Source of the DNA: Candidatus Micrarchaeia archaeon
GTDB taxonomy: Archaea; Micrarchaeota; Micrarchaeia; CABMEP01
Direction: 5' to 3'
NCBI GenBank assembly: GCA_038886535.1
Contig: JAVZXS010000002.1
Coordinates: 96,001-160,000, forward strand
DNA length: 64,000 bases
Under the pieces are notes generated by a model, which saw only the letters and a list, made by a program, of their open reading frames with translations, ran no database searches and was not told where the DNA came from. The first letter of the stretch is position 1; each line of letters starts with the position of its first letter. A program made the translations under genes and the position numbers. Of this stretch, positions 59,752-64,000 are shown in pieces.

Positions 59752-60846
59752 TTATTTTTCAGCTATTATTGTAACTACGTCTTGATCCTCGACTACATGG
59801 TCCAATCCGACCCTCTGATTTGGATATTTAACTGATTTACCATTCACCAATGCATATTTAAATTTTTCAAGTAATTCTTTATGTATTCTTTGACATATCT
59901 CTTTTATTGTTGTTCCTTTTTTAACAATCATAGGTTCTCCAAGCTCCTTTCCTTCTTTTCTTTTTGTATAAATCTGAATGAATTTAAGTTTATCATATAT
60001 TATATCTTTTAACTTCTCTATATTAATTCCCTTTTCTGCAGAAATAACAATAATATCTTTTTTAAGTCTATTCTTTGCGTCTTCTGTTATTTTTTTGATC
60101 TCATTTTCAGATAGCTCATCTGCTTTATTCAATACAATTAATGAAGGCAGATAAACACATGATTTACTTATATGATCAATTAATTCATCAAGTGTTATAG
60201 GTTTTGGAATTATAACATCTGCATTAAGAATTCCAAATGTTTTCAATACGTCCTTTATTGTTTCTTCTTTTAATCCAGGCTTACCATTTATAACTATGCC
60301 ACCATACTGTTTTTTGTTTATTTTTATTTCAGGAGGTTCTTTATCCATTCTGATATTTGCCTTCTCTAATTCATCTAGTATTGTTTCTATTTTTTCATAT
60401 CTTTTTGGATCAGTTACAATCATAACCATATCTGCAGCTCTAACAGTAGAAAGAACCATTTTACCCATTCCTTTTCCTTCAGCAGCCCCTTCTATGATCC
60501 CAGGTATGTCAAGAATCTGGATCTTTGCACCTTTATGAATCAAAACACCAGGAATCACATCTTTTGTAGTAAACTCCCAAGCTGCAACCTGTGATTTTGC
60601 TCCAGTCAAGCGATTGATAAGCGTGGATTTTCCTACGGAAGGAAAGCCGACCATAACTAAAGTCGCATCTCCCTCTTTTTTTACCATGAAACCTTTTCCG
60701 CCACCATTTTTTTTCGAACTTGCTGCCTTCTCTCTTAATCTTGCTATCTTTGCTTTAAGCAGTCCTATGTGGTGTTCTGTAGCTTTGTTGTATTGTGTTC
60801 TTGCTATTTCCTCTTCTATTTCTTTTATCTGTTGTTCAATTGTCAT
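59752..60846 (-). CDS. DRG/RBG-family GTPase with TGS domain
   Basis: NKATEHHIGLLKAK, GFPSVGKS, WEFTT, DIPG, NKAD, SA, QRVGLDH. Confidence 0.95.
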   Translation of the reverse strand: MTIEQQIKEIEEEIARTQYNKATEHHIGLLKAKIARLREKAASSKKNGGGKGFMVKKEGDATLVMVGFPSVGKSTLINRLTGAKSQVAAWEFTTKDVIPGVLIHKGAKIQILDIPGIIEGAAEGKGMGKMVLSTVRAADMVMIVTDPKRYEKIETILDELEKANIRMDKEPPEIKINKKQYGGIVINGKPGLKEETIKDVLKTFGILNADVIIPKPITLDELIDHISKSCVYLPSLIVLNKADELSENEIKKITEDAKNRLKKDIIVISAEKGINIEKLKDIIYDKLKFIQIYTKRKEGKELGEPMIVKKGTTIKEICQRIHKELLEKFKYALVNGKSVKYPNQRVGLDHVVEDQDVVTIIAEK

Positions 60847-60882
60847 TCTAATCACTTGAATGAAAAATACAAAACAAAATTC

Positions 60883-63129
60883 TTATTGTTGCGCTTCTTC
60901 TTTTTGCATCTGGTTTGTTTGGCGGAGTTCTTCTTTAACAAGATTTGGAAATATTACTGCCCATTCTTTTTCTAGATCAGAATAATCAATTTCCCCATTT
61001 TCTTTCTCTTTCTCTTTCATTAGTTTTCTAAGTGATGCATTTGCTTTAAGCACGAATCCTATCTCTCTTAACATTGGATTGTCTGCTTCTAAGGAGGCTT
61101 TGTATATTTGGGAATAAACCTTTCCTTTCATGAATGCTTCTAATATATATTGTTCTGGAGAGATGCCTGTATCTGCAGCTCTTCTTTCCAACGCTGGAGG
61201 TATGAATTTGATATCTATTTCTTTTTCAAGTTTGCCCACATCAATATTTTCAATTGTCCACTGGCTTGCCTCTGGATTCTTTATGAACTGGCAATCAAGT
61301 CTTGAACTTGTAATGTTTGGACCTCTAGTAAATGAAAACGTTTCTACAAATTTTCTTTCCACAGGCTCTGATTCATATGCCTTCTTTATAATTCTATACA
61401 ATCTTTCTTTTCTTCCGAATCTAAATTTATGTAGGAATGTATATCTATCTGTTGCAAACATTGATGCAGCAGGAATTCCAAATACTAGTTCTAATCTGTC
61501 TTGCACATCTCTTAAACTTTCAGCATGGAAATTGTAGAGCAAGAATACTCCTGGTTGCGTGTTTAATAGATTGATAATACCTTGTACAGCAGTTCTTGAT
61601 CTTAATTCATTTATTATTACTGCAGCTTCACCCATTCTTAGCAATGCAGATGTCATCTTTACAATTGACAGTGCAGTTCTTTCTTCCTCTTCCTCTGCAA
61701 CCTTTGCAGAACCTATATGAAATCCATATTTTCTGTAAGCTCTAGTCGGAATTTCTTCTATATCCTGTACTGGAATTATTCTCTTCTTTGTTCCAATTGC
61801 AGTTATCTTTGCAGCAGTAAATGAAGTTTTACCACATCCTTTTATACCCATTACACCTTCAGATGTTCCAAGTGAAACCATAACATCGTCATATCCACAG
61901 AAAAATGCAGACATTGAATTGTAATGGAGATACTGAGAGTAGGTGAATGGAGTGGGTTTCATAATTCTAAATGCGCCTTGAAGCTCGCCGAAAGTTGCAG
62001 GCGGTCCCTGCAAATGGCATCTCATATTAATTCTATTTAGCATCAAATCTATCAGTGGGTTTCTTTCATCAAGTTTCTTTCCTAGCTTAGCTCCAAGTGT
62101 TGCATTAAGGAACGCATATTCAAGGAGCTGTCTATTGTATCTGTATTGAGTGTGACAAGTCCCATGATAAACATGTTCAAGATAGAGAGGAGAGTTTTCA
62201 GCATCTATATAAATATCAGTTATGTTGTTTTGGTCAAGTGCAAGGTTCTCAAGAGGAGCACCCAATCCAAGCGTCCAATTAACAGTTTCTTTTGCCATTA
62301 CTAATGCTTGTTCTTGAGTTATAGGTATTTTGTTCATTGCAGCTGTATCTAGATAATATTGCCTGTATTCGAGAAGTTTCTTATCATACAAGGCTGCATA
62401 GTCAAGAACACCAGTTATTTGCTGCATGTTTGCAGCTATGTATTGCCTCATTAATTTTTTGAGTGGATCTGGAAGGTTTTGAAGAATATCATTTTTCTGC
62501 ACATACATGTTGGCTTCTTTTCCAGGAAGTTCATAAATCTCAACCTTCCAACCATATGGCAGATCATACTTTGCAGTTTTAGCCTCGATCAACTTTGCAT
62601 TCTGTGGAAGTTCTAATGAAATCGTTTCAACGAAAGCAGCACTTCTCATTTCAGCAAATTGTAGAAACACACTTCTCATATCTCCAAATTGCTTTGTAAG
62701 AGAATACATTTTTGTCTTTCTTAATGCATCCAATGTATTAAGGAGTAAAGTTCCGAATTTTCTGTATCCTTCAAGAAATACCCCTCTTGTCGGCTCTGGC
62801 TCTTTGTATTCCATTATTTTTTGTTCTGCAATCAATGGATTTTGATAGAGAGAATCTAATACTTCTTTAAGTAATTTCTTTCTTACATTATAATAATCAT
62901 CCTCTTTTCTTCCAAAAGAATCAGGATTTAATGTTATCAATTCAACCTGCCTTATAAGCGAGACATATTCCTTAATAACTTGAGTCTTTTGTTCGTCAAA
63001 TTCGATTATCATTTCTTCTTCGTATCTTATTCTGTCGAATTCAAAATCTGTTATTAATGCCAATTGTTTTAGCTGGCTGTTAATGCAGTCAGGACTGAAT
63101 AATTCATATGGACTTGCTATTGAGTCCAT
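60883..63129 (-). CDS. divergent type IV pilus / secretion ATPase (FlaI/TadA-like) with atypical motifs
   Basis: ITDIYID, NPLIDL, GIKGCGKTS, PVQDIEEI, LLRMG...VIINELR, FHAES. Confidence 0.75.
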   Translation of the reverse strand: MDSIASPYELFSPDCINSQLKQLALITDFEFDRIRYEEEMIIEFDEQKTQVIKEYVSLIRQVELITLNPDSFGRKEDDYYNVRKKLLKEVLDSLYQNPLIAEQKIMEYKEPEPTRGVFLEGYRKFGTLLLNTLDALRKTKMYSLTKQFGDMRSVFLQFAEMRSAAFVETISLELPQNAKLIEAKTAKYDLPYGWKVEIYELPGKEANMYVQKNDILQNLPDPLKKLMRQYIAANMQQITGVLDYAALYDKKLLEYRQYYLDTAAMNKIPITQEQALVMAKETVNWTLGLGAPLENLALDQNNITDIYIDAENSPLYLEHVYHGTCHTQYRYNRQLLEYAFLNATLGAKLGKKLDERNPLIDLMLNRINMRCHLQGPPATFGELQGAFRIMKPTPFTYSQYLHYNSMSAFFCGYDDVMVSLGTSEGVMGIKGCGKTSFTAAKITAIGTKKRIIPVQDIEEIPTRAYRKYGFHIGSAKVAEEEEERTALSIVKMTSALLRMGEAAVIINELRSRTAVQGIINLLNTQPGVFLLYNFHAESLRDVQDRLELVFGIPAASMFATDRYTFLHKFRFGRKERLYRIIKKAYESEPVERKFVETFSFTRGPNITSSRLDCQFIKNPEASQWTIENIDVGKLEKEIDIKFIPPALERRAADTGISPEQYILEAFMKGKVYSQIYKASLEADNPMLREIGFVLKANASLRKLMKEKEKENGEIDYSDLEKEWAVIFPNLVKEELRQTNQMQKEEAQQ

Positions 63130-63221
63130 AATTGCTACTCGGTTTTGTATTCCACGATAGATGCACATGATTTAAATATTATTAGAAATGCTTAAAAATA
63201 CAATTACTCTAATGGTATTTT

Positions 63222-64000
63222 ATGATAAAGACGAAAATTGATAAGATTGCTTCGTTAATAAAGGAGAAGCCAATGTCTTTAAAGGATTTGTCTTCTCAAT
63301 TAGATTTAAACCAAGAAATTATTGAGATTGTTGGCAGAAATCTCGAGACAAGAGGAATAATGCGATTGGATTATCCTGCTGTAGGTTCACCTATCCTATC
63401 TCTTGTAAAAGTTCTAGAGGAGAAACATGAATCAATACCTACTTCTTTTGATGAAAAATATTCATTTGATGTCAATGGAGTGAATGTAACCATCTACATT
63501 TATAGAGACCAAGAACGAAGGCCATTTTATCATGTAGTTTATAGTGAACCTGCACCATACACTCTGGAGTTTCTAAAATCATTAGAACCAGAGATAGCAA
63601 GAGATATTCCACTCGATACAAGTTACTTTTTAACTCCAGAAAGGATGCAGGCATACCTTCCAACAATATACAATAAAGTGAAGGATAAACTATCAGTTTA
63701 TTTCGGAGAGCACTTAGATCAATTGGCAGGATATACATTTATTAACATGTATGGAATGAGAGAACTCGAAATCCTAATGGGGGATGAAAATCTTGAAGAA
63801 ATCTCTGTAAACACTTCACTTATTCCTATTTCAGTTTATCATAGAAACTATGGGTGGATGAAGACAAATCTTAAATTTAAAGATGAAGAGGAAATCGCAA
63901 ACATCGCATCTCAAATTGCAAGAAGAGTTGGTCAACAGATTACTATTGCAAACCCAATATTGGATGCTTTCTTGACAACTGGTGACAGAGCAACTGCAAC
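63222..64000 (+). CDS. type II/IV secretion system (pilus assembly) ATPase, 5' part
   Basis: Hand-translated from ATG 63222: MIKTKIDKIASLIK...GMRELEILMGDENLEEISVN...VYHRNYGWMKTN...IARRVGQQITIANPILDA..GDRA. Confidence 0.88.
   Translation, partial: MIKTKIDKIASLIKEKPMSLKDLSSQLDLNQEIIEIVGRNLETRGIMRLDYPAVGSPILSLVKVLEEKHESIPTSFDEKYSFDVNGVNVTIYIYRDQERRPFYHVVYSEPAPYTLEFLKSLEPEIARDIPLDTSYFLTPERMQAYLPTIYNKVKDKLSVYFGEHLDQLAGYTFINMYGMRELEILMGDENLEEISVNTSLIPISVYHRNYGWMKTNLKFKDEEEIANIASQIARRVGQQITIANPILDAFLTTGDRATA

Noticed and set aside
553..63738. Many short antisense or overlapping ORFs in the six-frame track
   Set aside because: They are shadows of well-supported genes on the opposite strand or in other frames, with no recognisable motifs.

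Overview
An AT-rich, gene-dense archaeal chromosome segment. Archaeal marker genes include Cdc6/Orc1, PCNA, Alba, type 2 IDI, archaeal-type GluRS/PheRS/AspRS, a DRG GTPase, class III pilin signal peptides and a tRNA intron with a bulge-helix-bulge (BHB) motif. The gene content suggests a DPANN lineage, possibly Micrarchaeota-like; this is inference only. Most of the window is housekeeping. Accessory parts are a copper/thiol-redox and ABC-exporter block (39.7-51.2 kb), a 1609-aa Cys-rich surface protein and two divergent type IV pilus ATPases. The most notable observations are: (1) PCNA and IDI-2 have no in-frame ATG/GTG/TTG ahead of their conserved N-termini and appear to start at ATC and ACG, at the 5-nt spacing from the Shine-Dalgarno (SD) motif seen in most genes here; (2) a bacterial-type MEP-pathway IspD-IspF fusion is present, while the conserved archaeal MEMO1-(mvk-ipk)-fni-(rnj-idsA)-gltX cluster lacks its mevalonate genes; (3) SMC carries a 547-aa LAGLIDADG intein in its Walker A motif; (4) there is a CBS-HPF ribosome-hibernation-type fusion; (5) a candidate replication origin with a non-standard inverted repeat lies between cdc6 and pcn; (6) tRNA-Gly(CCC) has a 72-nt duplicated-hairpin intron. 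All calls come from reading motifs by eye; no database searches were run.
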